Below are positions 31,315-39,850 of a stretch of DNA of 64,000 nucleotides, piece by piece. Source of the stretch: an uncultured Chloroflexia bacterium (GTDB lineage: Bacteria > Chloroflexota > UBA6077 > JACCZL01); NCBI GenBank assembly GCA_963765765.1, contig CAVXYC010000030.1:192001-256000 (forward strand), read 5' to 3'. The notes beneath the pieces were generated by a model. It worked only from the letters and a program-made list of their open reading frames with translations, had not been told where the DNA came from and made no database searches. Each line of letters starts with the position of its first letter. Within the stretch, counting starts at the first letter, position 1. The translations under genes and the position numbers were made by a program.

Positions 31315-32802
31315 TTGACCAACCGATCGTCCCTTCTTCCCGCCGTAAGCAGACGGGGATTCTTAAAGGCCGCGGCGGGGCTGGCCTCGGTGCAGCTTCT
31401 GGCAGCATGCCAGTCACAGGCGCCCGCATCGACGACGGCAGCAACGACAGCGCCGAAACCAACCGCCGCGGCTAGCCCCCCGCGCAGCCAGCCCGCGGCA
31501 TCGCCGGCCGCCTCTCCCGCCGCCTCTCCTGTGGCGTCGCCGATTGCCGCCAGTGCGGCGGTTGCTGGCGCACCGATGTATCAGGTGAATGCTCAACATA
31601 CCGGTCGGAGTCAGTACGCGGGTCCGCGCCGCGCGGTACTGGCGCGTACCTTCGACTCGGCGTCGTACCCGACTACCGATCCCGCGTTTCCGCGAGCCGA
31701 TGTCCAGAGCTCGGCGTCAATTGGTCCAGACGGAATGATCTACATCGCCAATTTTCCGGGTAATCTCTTTGCTCTGCGGGACTCTGGGAGCGGCGACAAG
31801 CTGGATGTAGCCTGGAGATACCACCCGGCGAGGTCTACTGGACTTCACGCAACGCCTTCGGTTGGCAGAGATGGCACTGTGTATCTGGGATTCTCAGGAG
31901 AGGTACAGCCTGGGCAAATCGCGGGCGCCATCCACGCCGTCCGCGCCCCGTCATCGGGGACTGAGGCCTCCGCCGCCTGGACCGCTGAGCTCGGCGCCGG
32001 CCGAGTGAGCGCATCTCCGACACTGGGCGACGACGGCACCGTGTACGCGGTAGGTGGGCCAGGTAGACTGACCGCGATCTCGCCAGCCGGTCAAACCAAA
32101 TGGACCGCGCAGGTAGGCCCGGCCGTCAAAGGATCCCCGGCTATCGGCCCCGATGGCACCATTTACTCTCCCAGCAGCGACGGCAATTTGTACGCGGTGG
32201 CCCCACCGAGCGGAACCGGTACCGAAGGCACCGTGCGATGGGCATTCAACTTCGGAGAGCATCTGGGTCCAACCCCGCTTGATGTCGCGGAAGCCTCCGG
32301 ACCAGGAGGGGCTGGTGGCGGAGCAAACGGAATCGGCAGCGGTGCCACGCCGATGATCGCGCCGGACGGGATGATCTATATCGGCGCGAATAACAGCAAC
32401 TTCTACGCGATTCGGCCCGACGGCTCAATGGCCTGGCTCTACGAGGCAGAGCGTGAGAAGGCTGGTATCTGGACAGCAGCCAATCTCAGCTCGGATAACC
32501 AGACGCTGTTCTTTGGTGCAAACAAGGGCGGCATTTACGCGCTGGACCGCGCCAGTGGTCGACTCAAGTGGCAGTTTCCGATCTATGGATCCATCTATGC
32601 CTCAACGGCGCTGGATCGCAACGGAACGCTTTACGTTGCAAGCACCGTGGGACACGTCTACGCGCTGGATTCGACGAATGGACAGCCAATTTTCGACTAC
32701 GATGCAGGAATGTCTGTCTGGTCAGCACCGGCGATTCGACCGGATGGCTCGATGGTTGTGGCCGATCGCGGTGGTCGGGTAATGCTATTCGCGGCGGGGT
32801 AA
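31315..32802 (+). CDS. Tat-exported lipoprotein with PQQ-like beta-propeller
   Basis: SRRGFLK, LLAAC, (PAAS)n linker, repeated SPAIGPDGTIY / G-x-x-K-W blades. Confidence 0.85.
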   Translation: MTNRSSLLPAVSRRGFLKAAAGLASVQLLAACQSQAPASTTAATTAPKPTAAASPPRSQPAASPAASPAASPVASPIAASAAVAGAPMYQVNAQHTGRSQYAGPRRAVLARTFDSASYPTTDPAFPRADVQSSASIGPDGMIYIANFPGNLFALRDSGSGDKLDVAWRYHPARSTGLHATPSVGRDGTVYLGFSGEVQPGQIAGAIHAVRAPSSGTEASAAWTAELGAGRVSASPTLGDDGTVYAVGGPGRLTAISPAGQTKWTAQVGPAVKGSPAIGPDGTIYSPSSDGNLYAVAPPSGTGTEGTVRWAFNFGEHLGPTPLDVAEASGPGGAGGGANGIGSGATPMIAPDGMIYIGANNSNFYAIRPDGSMAWLYEAEREKAGIWTAANLSSDNQTLFFGANKGGIYALDRASGRLKWQFPIYGSIYASTALDRNGTLYVASTVGHVYALDSTNGQPIFDYDAGMSVWSAPAIRPDGSMVVADRGGRVMLFAAG

Positions 32803-32882
32803 GGCGCTAACTTTTACGCGAAGCGAGCAACAAGGAGCAGCCGTTAGATAACTCGTTATCGTATTGAGCAATGGAATTGGTG

Positions 32883-33656
32883 TCACGAGAGATCCGGAAC
32901 GACGGCGCACGGTCTTTGTTGCTGCAGCTCGTCATACGAAAACTCCCCCGTCGCCACGGCCAAGCAGCGAACGCCGGCCTGATGCGCCGCGAGGACATCG
33001 CGGGGCGTATCTCCAACCACGACTACGTCGTTTGAGCCGAATCGCGTCGAGAGTATTTGCTCACAGCGTCGAATGGCGCGTCTCACCAGCGTTGAGCGGC
33101 GCATAGCTTCGTCGCCAAATGCCCCAGTGATGAAATAGTGGCGGAGGCGGGCTTGAGCTACGCGGCCCCAGGCAATAGCACCAACGTTGCCGGTCAGCAG
33201 CCCCATCGGTACTTCAAGCTCATGCAGCCGCTCCAGCAGAGCGCGAACGCCGGGCATGACACGATCGAGCGATGAATCAACGGGGCCACGCTCGTACGAC
33301 GCGGCCATCTGTCGGCAGGCTCCAGAGAGCGCGGCACGTGCTTGGTTGGGTGCCATGCCTGCACGCTGAAATAGCTTAGCGAGGATGGCGCGATCAACCA
33401 TCCCGCTCGTACCCGTCCAATCGATCCGATTATGAAACCCACACACGTCTGCGAGCACTTCATCGAAGGCGCGCGAATGGAGTGGATCGCGCGGTTGCAG
33501 CAGGGTCCCGTCCAGATCGAAAAGAATCAGGCGGGTTTTGTCGGCCGGGTGGCTCCCTCGCCCTTTGGGAGAGGGCTGGTGTGAGGGTAGAGCGACATCC
33601 TTCACCGGCGGCGGAGGTCCCTCAACCCAACCCTCTCCCAAAGGGCGAAGGGGCAT
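32883..33656 (-). CDS. HAD-family hydrolase with repeat-derived N-terminus; 3' end may extend to ~32807 by frameshift
   Basis: ILFDLDGTLL, GLLTGN, GAFGD, VVVGDTPRDV, LAVATG. Confidence 0.85.
   Translation of the reverse strand: MPLRPLGEGWVEGPPPPVKDVALPSHQPSPKGRGSHPADKTRLILFDLDGTLLQPRDPLHSRAFDEVLADVCGFHNRIDWTGTSGMVDRAILAKLFQRAGMAPNQARAALSGACRQMAASYERGPVDSSLDRVMPGVRALLERLHELEVPMGLLTGNVGAIAWGRVAQARLRHYFITGAFGDEAMRRSTLVRRAIRRCEQILSTRFGSNDVVVVGDTPRDVLAAHQAGVRCLAVATGEFSYDELQQQRPCAVVPDLS
33553..33653. repeat. REP-like doublet, family A, in the first codons of the HAD gene
   Basis: ctccctcgccctttgggagagggctggtgtgaggg (33553-33587) with inverted ccctcaacccaaccctctcccaaagggcgaagggg (33619-33653). Confidence 0.85.
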
Positions 33657-33662
33657 CGACGG

Positions 33663-33923
33663 CTACGCGTCGATGATTCCGGCTTCCACCAACGCGGCTT
33701 GCAAGGCCTGACGATCCGGGTTCACCATCCATTTACCATCGACGTCAATCGTGGGAACAATGCGATAGCCGCCTGTAAGCTCTTCGATCTTAGGACCGAA
33801 ATCGGGGTATTCCTCGATGTCGATCTCCTCGTAGGCGACGCCTTTGCTATCTAGAAAACGCTTCGCCAGGCGACAGTACCCGCACCAGGTGGTGGTAAAC
33901 ATTCGCACCGTCTTGTCCGCCAT
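33663..33923 (-). CDS. Glutaredoxin-like protein (mycoredoxin/NrdH-like)
   Basis: TTTWCGYC active site, YEEIDIE, GGYRIVPTI. GGAGG SD. Confidence 0.9.
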   Translation of the reverse strand: MADKTVRMFTTTWCGYCRLAKRFLDSKGVAYEEIDIEEYPDFGPKIEELTGGYRIVPTIDVDGKWMVNPDRQALQAALVEAGIIDA

Positions 33924-34169
33924 TGGCCCCCTCCGTCCATTTGCCCCAATTGGTCTTCATCATAACGAAAGGTCTGATTCAGCGCCGTCATTCGTACAAC
34001 GTACGGCTCATCCCTTCATTGAGATGGACCTATAAATCCTGGGCTCACTCATGCTAACTCTCATTCCTCAGTATCAATTCCCAGGCCGCCTTGTGACTCG
34101 TTGCGCAAGGAGCTGACTCATCAACCCGTCTAACAGCTTGCTGACGCTCAACCAATGATCGACCCGCGA

Positions 34170-35054
34170 GTCTGTCACGTATGCGGCGCTTGAGATCTTC
34201 CGAGAACTGGGTATCCGCGAGCGTGAGGGAGACACGCACAGCGTTACTGGCGGAATAGCTCTGGTTTAAGGGCGACTATCGTGACGCTCTGGAGATGGCG
34301 CGTGACGCGAGATCGCTTCATGAGGAGCTCGTCATTCGGCGCTACCAGGCTCACGATTGGTTGGTTGATGGCATGGCGTTGGCTTCACTGGGTCATGTGC
34401 GCGAAGCGGTGACGCTCTTAAGCGATTCGGTTGAGCTGGCGGATCAGCTCGACCATCCTGAATGGGTGGCGCATGCGCTCATTCCATTCGGCGTTGTTCA
34501 TCGATCGATGCGGCGGCTGCGCAAAGCCCGTCAGGCGTTCACTCGCGCCGCTGATCTAGGTGATCAGATTGGGGCTGGCTTGTGGGCGCAGCTCGGATGC
34601 GTAGGCTAAGTTTCACGGCCCTGCTCGAGCGAAAAGTGGACGAGGCAGAGCTAAGTTTCGGAACCGTGCTGAGTGCGCCTGAAGAGCTTCAGGATCCACG
34701 CGCGGGGCTATGACCGGCATGGGGTCTCTGGAGTTAGAGCGGGGCAATCTTCATCTCGCGCACGATTGATCCTGCTCGGCCATAGAGATATCCGAAGCGG
34801 CGCCGTACATGGACGCGCTGCTTGAGGCGCAATTGCTTCGTGCCCGCACGCTGCTGGCCCTCGGTAAGCCAGATGATGCGTGGGCGCTACTCACACAGGT
34901 TCACGGCCACGCACGGGAAATTGGCGCCCGGCCGATGGAGGCGCAAGCGAGAAGAGCACTGGGCGAAATGAAAATCGAAAAGTTAAGAGCTCAAGGTGAA
35001 CAGTTGGGCACTGATGAAGTGACATCAAGACCAACTCTTCACTCTGACTTCTAA
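34170..35054 (+). pseudogene. Degraded tetratricopeptide-repeat protein
   Basis: Helical repeats ALEIFRELG, LASLGHVREAVTLL, ARQAFTRAADL, ARTLLALGKPDDAWALL, broken by several stops and frameshifts. Confidence 0.55.
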
Positions 35055-35091
35055 CTCTTCACGTCTCCTAAACCTCTGATATACCACCCTC

Positions 35092-35772
35092 ATGAGCTCA
35101 GTAGACATTCTCTCGCAGGACATCATCTCCTGCACCCGCTGCCCTCGCCTGGTGGAGTGGTGTCGCCAGGTGGCGATCCAAAAGAAGCGTGAATATCGGG
35201 ATTGGGACTATTGGGGAAAACCTATCCCGCCGCTTGGTCGGGCAGACGCGAAGCTGCTTGTTGTGGGCCTTGCGCCTGCGGCGCACGGGGGCACACGTAC
35301 CGGGCGTGTGTTTACCGGAGATAGCTCGGGGGACTTCCTGTTCGCGGCCTTGCATCGGGCCGGTTTCGCCAACCAGCCGACATCTCGGCATCGGGACGAC
35401 GGCCTCGAGCTGATCGATGCATACATCACGGCCGTCGCCCGCTGTGCCCCCCCGGCCAACAAGCCTACTCCGTATGAGCTGGCAGCCTGCCAACCGTACT
35501 TGCTTCGTGAGATCGAGCTTCTCACCGAGCTGCGTGCTGTGATCTGTCTTGGAAAGATCGCGTTCGATCACTACCTGGCCGCGCTTCGGAAAGCTGGGCA
35601 CACCATTCCGCGCCTTGAGTTTGGCCATGCGCGCGTGCATGACCTCGGCTCAGACCTGCCCACGTTGATCGCCTCATATCACCCAAGTCGACAGAACACC
35701 AATACCGGCCGGCTGACTAAGCCAATGTTTGACGCGGTGTTCGATCTGGCCCGTAAATCGATTGATTGCTGA
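35092..35772 (+). CDS. udgB: Uracil-DNA glycosylase family 5 (UdgB-like, Fe-S)
   Basis: CTRCPRL, VGLAPAAHGGTRTGRVFTGD, RCAPPANKP, YHPSRQNTNTGRLT. Confidence 0.92.
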   Translation: MSSVDILSQDIISCTRCPRLVEWCRQVAIQKKREYRDWDYWGKPIPPLGRADAKLLVVGLAPAAHGGTRTGRVFTGDSSGDFLFAALHRAGFANQPTSRHRDDGLELIDAYITAVARCAPPANKPTPYELAACQPYLLREIELLTELRAVICLGKIAFDHYLAALRKAGHTIPRLEFGHARVHDLGSDLPTLIASYHPSRQNTNTGRLTKPMFDAVFDLARKSIDC

Positions 35773-35881
35773 GGATCGCACTCCGAGATCGCGTCACGAG
35801 CGCATCACGAGAAGTCGATTTGGACCTGCTTTGTACGCTCAGCACAATGCCGTTTACGACTGCGCGGCGTATCGTCATCCC

Positions 35882-36205
35882 ATGGCAGCTTCATCAACTC
35901 AGGTCTACTCCACATTGCGGGTCCTCCGCGAGCATGGCCTCCAGGTTGCCTCGCTCGGGGACCGCCTCACCTGCGCCGTACCCGCCTCTATGTCCGCTGA
36001 TAACGTGATCGGTTGGGTTCGAAATCATCGTGAACGAATCTTGCAAATCCTCTCCATAGAGGATGGGCAGCTCCTGGCTCCATCTGAGCTCTCGCTTCAG
36101 CATCTTTACTACGTCCGCTACTGCGTGCACCGAGGTCTGCTGAGCGAGCTTGTCACCACGGGTCGAACCCGACGGAAGGCCGAGCCGCTGGCTATCGCGG
36201 TCTAG
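35882..36205 (+). CDS. Small hypothetical protein, weakly TubC N-terminal docking-domain-like
   Basis: LRVLREHGLQVASLGDRL...IGWVRNHRERILQIL pattern; TATCGT box 6 nt before the ATG. Confidence 0.5.
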   Translation: MAASSTQVYSTLRVLREHGLQVASLGDRLTCAVPASMSADNVIGWVRNHRERILQILSIEDGQLLAPSELSLQHLYYVRYCVHRGLLSELVTTGRTRRKAEPLAIAV

Positions 36206-36248
36206 CCGTTTACGCCCGGGCCGATGCGCTTCAGACGAGCCGATGGCG

Positions 36249-36923
36249 CTAGCGCGGACCGCTCGGTTGGATGAGCTTCAACACGTCTGCCACCTCCTCC
36301 AGGCCTGAGACGATGGCGTAGCACTCGTACAGGTGGAGGCTGGCACCCGAATGCGTGGGGAAGCCAATTGGCGACATTCCCGCCGCGCGCGCCGCCAGGA
36401 CGCCGTTGATGGAGTCCTCGATTACCGCGCACCTGCGTGGGGCGACGCTGAGCAGCTCCGCACAGCGGAGAAAGACTTCAGGGTGCGGTTTACCGGCGGT
36501 GACCTCATCACCACCAACCAGCACCGAAACGAACTCACGCAGCGCTAGCCGATGGAGCACGAGGTCTACCCACGCATGATTGCTGGATGAGCCCACGGCG
36601 CACGGTACGCTGCGCTCGGCAAGCTCTGACATCAGCGTCGCGGCGCCCGCGACGGCTTTAAGTTGACCGCCGAAAACTCGCGCCTCCTCGATGCGTGACT
36701 CGCGTACGTAGTAGTCGACGTCTCGCGAGAGCCCCAGCAGTGGGATGAGCTCCGCGAGCATCTCGGGATAGCGCAGGCCGCTGTAGTTCGCTGCAGTAAG
36801 GGCGTCGAGCACGCGGCCCTCCCGTGCAAAGACCGCGTTTGTGGCAGCCAGATAGAGCGGCTCCGAATCGATCAAGACGCCATCGAAGTCGAATATCACG
36901 GCGTCGAAGAGGCAAGGTGGCAT
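36249..36923 (-). CDS. HAD-family phosphatase (beta-PGM/CbbY-like)
   Basis: AVIFDFDGVLIDSE, GSSS, GKPHPEVFL, VIEDSINGVLAARAAGM. Confidence 0.92.
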   Translation of the reverse strand: MPPCLFDAVIFDFDGVLIDSEPLYLAATNAVFAREGRVLDALTAANYSGLRYPEMLAELIPLLGLSRDVDYYVRESRIEEARVFGGQLKAVAGAATLMSELAERSVPCAVGSSSNHAWVDLVLHRLALREFVSVLVGGDEVTAGKPHPEVFLRCAELLSVAPRRCAVIEDSINGVLAARAAGMSPIGFPTHSGASLHLYECYAIVSGLEEVADVLKLIQPSGPR

Positions 36924-36948
36924 GGGAACAAGTGTATAAGAGCCCACT

Positions 36949-36984
36949 CCGTCTCCCTCCCTGTCGCAGCGGGGAGGGAGACGG
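36949..36984. repeat. 13-bp-stem hairpin, loosely related to repeat family A
   Basis: ccgtctccctccc (36949-36961) / gggagggagacgg (36972-36984). Confidence 0.55.
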
Positions 36985-37023
36985 TGGGGGCCCTCGTAGT
37001 TCGCCCTCAGTTGCCAAATCTGC

Positions 37024-37240
37024 TTGCGCTCGATCCCGATTCGTGTACGATAACCGCGAGCCGCAAGGCTCTTAGTTTTCCACTGGAGCGCCTTTGTCCG
37101 TCCGAATTTAGCGGTGTGGTCACCTGGCGGCGCAGCTTTGCCCCTATCGGTTGACCACGTGCCAGACATCACGAGAGTCGTGATGTCTGGTTGGCGTGCC
37201 CACCACATTCCGCCCCGCGATTCGAAGAAGGACAACTTCC
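37024..37240 (+). promoter_or_regulatory. Putative promoter and structured 5' leader of rsgA
   Basis: TTGCGC-N16-TACGAT (37024-37051), short uORF 37116-37154, perfect 13-bp stem ccagacatcacga-gag-tcgtgatgtctgg (37162-37190). Confidence 0.45.
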
Positions 37241-38338
37241 TTGCGCTCCAAAACTCCTGAAGCACGGCCGGTTAGTGCCGGCTCGACAATCCTGACGCTT
37301 GAAGATCTCGGCTGGCAGCCTTGGTTTGCCGAGCATCTGCCTGTCGAAGCACCAGATAAACTCAGCCTTGGCCGCGTGTCCATTGGGTATCGCGACCAGG
37401 TCCGTCTCATCACCATCCAGGGCGAGCACAACGCCCGATTCGGCGCGGGACTGAGCCGTGATGGTTTGCCCGCTGTGGGCGACTGGGTGCTCATTTCCCC
37501 ACGTTCTGAATCGTCCGAGGCCGCCGTGCAGGTTGTTCTGCCGAGGCGCACGTCATTTTCGCGAAAGACTACCGGGGATGCTGCAGTAGAGCAGGTCGTC
37601 GCTGCTAACGTCGATACGGTGTTCCTGGTCGAGCCGTGCCCTGCACTGAACCCGCGTCGTCTGGAACGCACTCTTGTGGCGGCGTGGTCCAGCGGTGCCC
37701 GACCCGTCATCATTCTGAGCAAATCCGATCTCGTGGCGGATGACGATGTGCAACGTCATAAAGCCGAGCGTATCGGACACGGTGTGCCCGTGCTCGTGAT
37801 CAGCACACTTGTCGATTCAGGCCTCGATGCTGTGCTCGAATATTGCCAGCGTGGGCAAACTATTGCGCTCATCGGAAGCTCGGGAGCCGGTAAGTCTACA
37901 TTGGTCAATCGGCTCGTTGGATCGGAGGTGGCTCGCACCGGGGCGGTCCGAAAGCATGACGGGCGGGGCCGCCACACGACGTCACACCGAGAGCTGATAC
38001 GACTGCCACATGGCGGACTCATCATCGATACGCCTGGCCTGCGCGAGCTACAGCTTTGGGATGCCCATGAAGGAATAGTTCGAGCGTTTGACGATATCGA
38101 GACGCTCGCCCAGCAATGTCGCTTTCGGGACTGTAGCCACGGAACAGAAGCCGATTGCGCGGTGCGCTTGGCTGTTGAGATTGGCTCACTCGACTCGAAG
38201 CGGCTACGCAGTTATCAGAAGTTGAACAGAGAGCTTCAGCACGTCGAATCCAAATTCGATCAGCGCCTTCGAGACCAGACGAAACAGCGCGATCGCGTGA
38301 TTCATCGGCAGATGCGCCATTACCGCCCTCGCGACTGA
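37241..38338 (+). CDS. rsgA: Ribosome small subunit-dependent GTPase A
   Basis: PAVGDWV, QVVAANVD, SKSDL, GSSGAGKSTL, GRHTT, IDTPGLRE, CRFRDCSH...C. AAGGA precedes TTG 37241. Confidence 0.95.
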   Translation: MRSKTPEARPVSAGSTILTLEDLGWQPWFAEHLPVEAPDKLSLGRVSIGYRDQVRLITIQGEHNARFGAGLSRDGLPAVGDWVLISPRSESSEAAVQVVLPRRTSFSRKTTGDAAVEQVVAANVDTVFLVEPCPALNPRRLERTLVAAWSSGARPVIILSKSDLVADDDVQRHKAERIGHGVPVLVISTLVDSGLDAVLEYCQRGQTIALIGSSGAGKSTLVNRLVGSEVARTGAVRKHDGRGRHTTSHRELIRLPHGGLIIDTPGLRELQLWDAHEGIVRAFDDIETLAQQCRFRDCSHGTEADCAVRLAVEIGSLDSKRLRSYQKLNRELQHVESKFDQRLRDQTKQRDRVIHRQMRHYRPRD

Positions 38339-38521
38339 TGCGCGGCTCGCGCTGAGACGGGATCTGGGTGGTGGGCCGGCTGGGAAATTGTGCAGCGATG
38401 CACACCTTTTTGCAGGCGGCATGGCATCGATGATGCTCTAACGGCTCCCCGCGACTCCGCCGCTGGCCCCGACGGAGATGGAGTCGCGGATTCTGGACTG
38501 GATAGAGGCACTTCGAGTTCG

Positions 38522-39550
38522 ATGACCACTCTCAGTAGCCACGACCTCGTGAAGTCGATCGCTCAACGCTTGTCGGATATTTTGGAAGCCCCAGGTCATT
38601 GCATTTGATGATCGAGGAGGCGTGCTGGCTTCAGCCAAGCCGCCTCTGGCGCCATCGCCGGACGGCGACGCATTTCGGGTCAGTGTTCGACTCGATGGAC
38701 TTGATGTTCCGCTCCTTGTTCGACCGACGCTGCTTGACGAGCCGATTTCGGAGCGTCTCGTTCAGGCTCTGGCATGCCTGCTGGGGGAGCAGGCGGCGGC
38801 AGTAGATCGCCTGCCAATTATCAATCAGCTCAAAAATCAGTTCATCCACAGCCTACTGCGTGGCGAGATCGAGGACGAAGATCACGTCCTGCGCGAGGGT
38901 CAAATACTTGGTATGGATGTATCTCGCCCTCGGTCGGTGCTGCTTATCGATGCGTCTGAATTCATCATAGGTCGGGACTCGGGCGACGAGCGCTCTTGCG
39001 AGAACATCGACGTGCAATATCGAGCGCAAACCGTCATCTCAAGTGTTGTGCGCTTCTTTAGCCTCCCCAACGCCACGATCTGCGCCTACATTGGCAATGG
39101 TGAGGTCGCGGTGCTCAAGGCTAGCAGCACACAGGATTTGATGGCATGGGCTGAAGGGCCGGAGCGGATCGACTCTCTCAATCCATCCTGGGCGAACCTC
39201 TACGCACTCAAGCGAGCCGGCCACGCCTTACTAACACGCCTCCAGGCCGACGTATGCAGCTCAGTGAGCATTGGAATTGGCCGCTTTCACCCTGGGTTGA
39301 AGGGCCTCGCGTGGTCCTTCCGTGACGCGCAGACTGCCCTTGGACTTGGTAAGCGCGTACGCCCCGAATTGCGCGTGCACTGCTTGGACTCACTGGGAGC
39401 CGCGGCGTTTGTCGGTTTGCCCGAGGAAGAGACGAAGGTTGACCTAGCCACCCATCTTCTCACGCCTCTTGGACAGGACGAGGACCTCATCGAAACGCTG
39501 CAGGTCTTCTTTGAAGAAAACTGCTCCCCCAGCCTTTCATCCCGGCAGCT
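38522..39550 (+). pseudogene. CdaR/PucR-family regulator truncated inside its C-terminal HTH
   Basis: FIHSLLRG, GQILGMD, SIGIGR, SFRDAQTAL, LIETLQVFFEENCSPSLSSRQL. The expected HRNTL..YRL recognition helix is absent. Confidence 0.8.
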
Positions 39551-39841
39551 AAACGGGCCTGGTCCAACGCGTCTGCCTATCACGCCAGCAAATGGGGACT
39601 TCTTGGTTTAAGCCATGCCATGCACGTGGAAGGTCGGCCGTGCGGAATAAAGGTGACGGCCATTGTGTCCGGTGGTATGCGCACACCGTTCTTGCTCGAC
39701 CGATTCCCGGATCTGGATCCGGCGGTGCTGCAAGAACCGTCAACCGTGGCCAGAACCGTGGTCTTCGCGCTGACGCAGCCGGCAGAGTCGGTGATTCCGG
39801 AGCTGATGATTCTGCCGATGCGTGAATCATCCTGGCCGTAG
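39543..39841 (+). pseudogene. C-terminal half of an SDR oxidoreductase
   Basis: AAKRAWSNASAYHASKWGLLGLSHAMHVEGR...GGMRTPF contains YxxxK; the Rossmann N-half is missing. Confidence 0.8.
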
Positions 39842-39850
39842 CGACACCCG

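Noticed and set aside
31480-31560. Tandem DNA repeats in lipoprotein genes as VNTR or contingency loci
   Set aside because: Codons vary between the PAAS units, so the repetition is at the protein level.
34975-35062. AACTCTTCAC repeats (similar to the aagagttaag/cttaactctt inverted repeat near 56476-56515) as an operator
   Set aside because: Too short and degenerate to separate from low-complexity sequence or a weak terminator.
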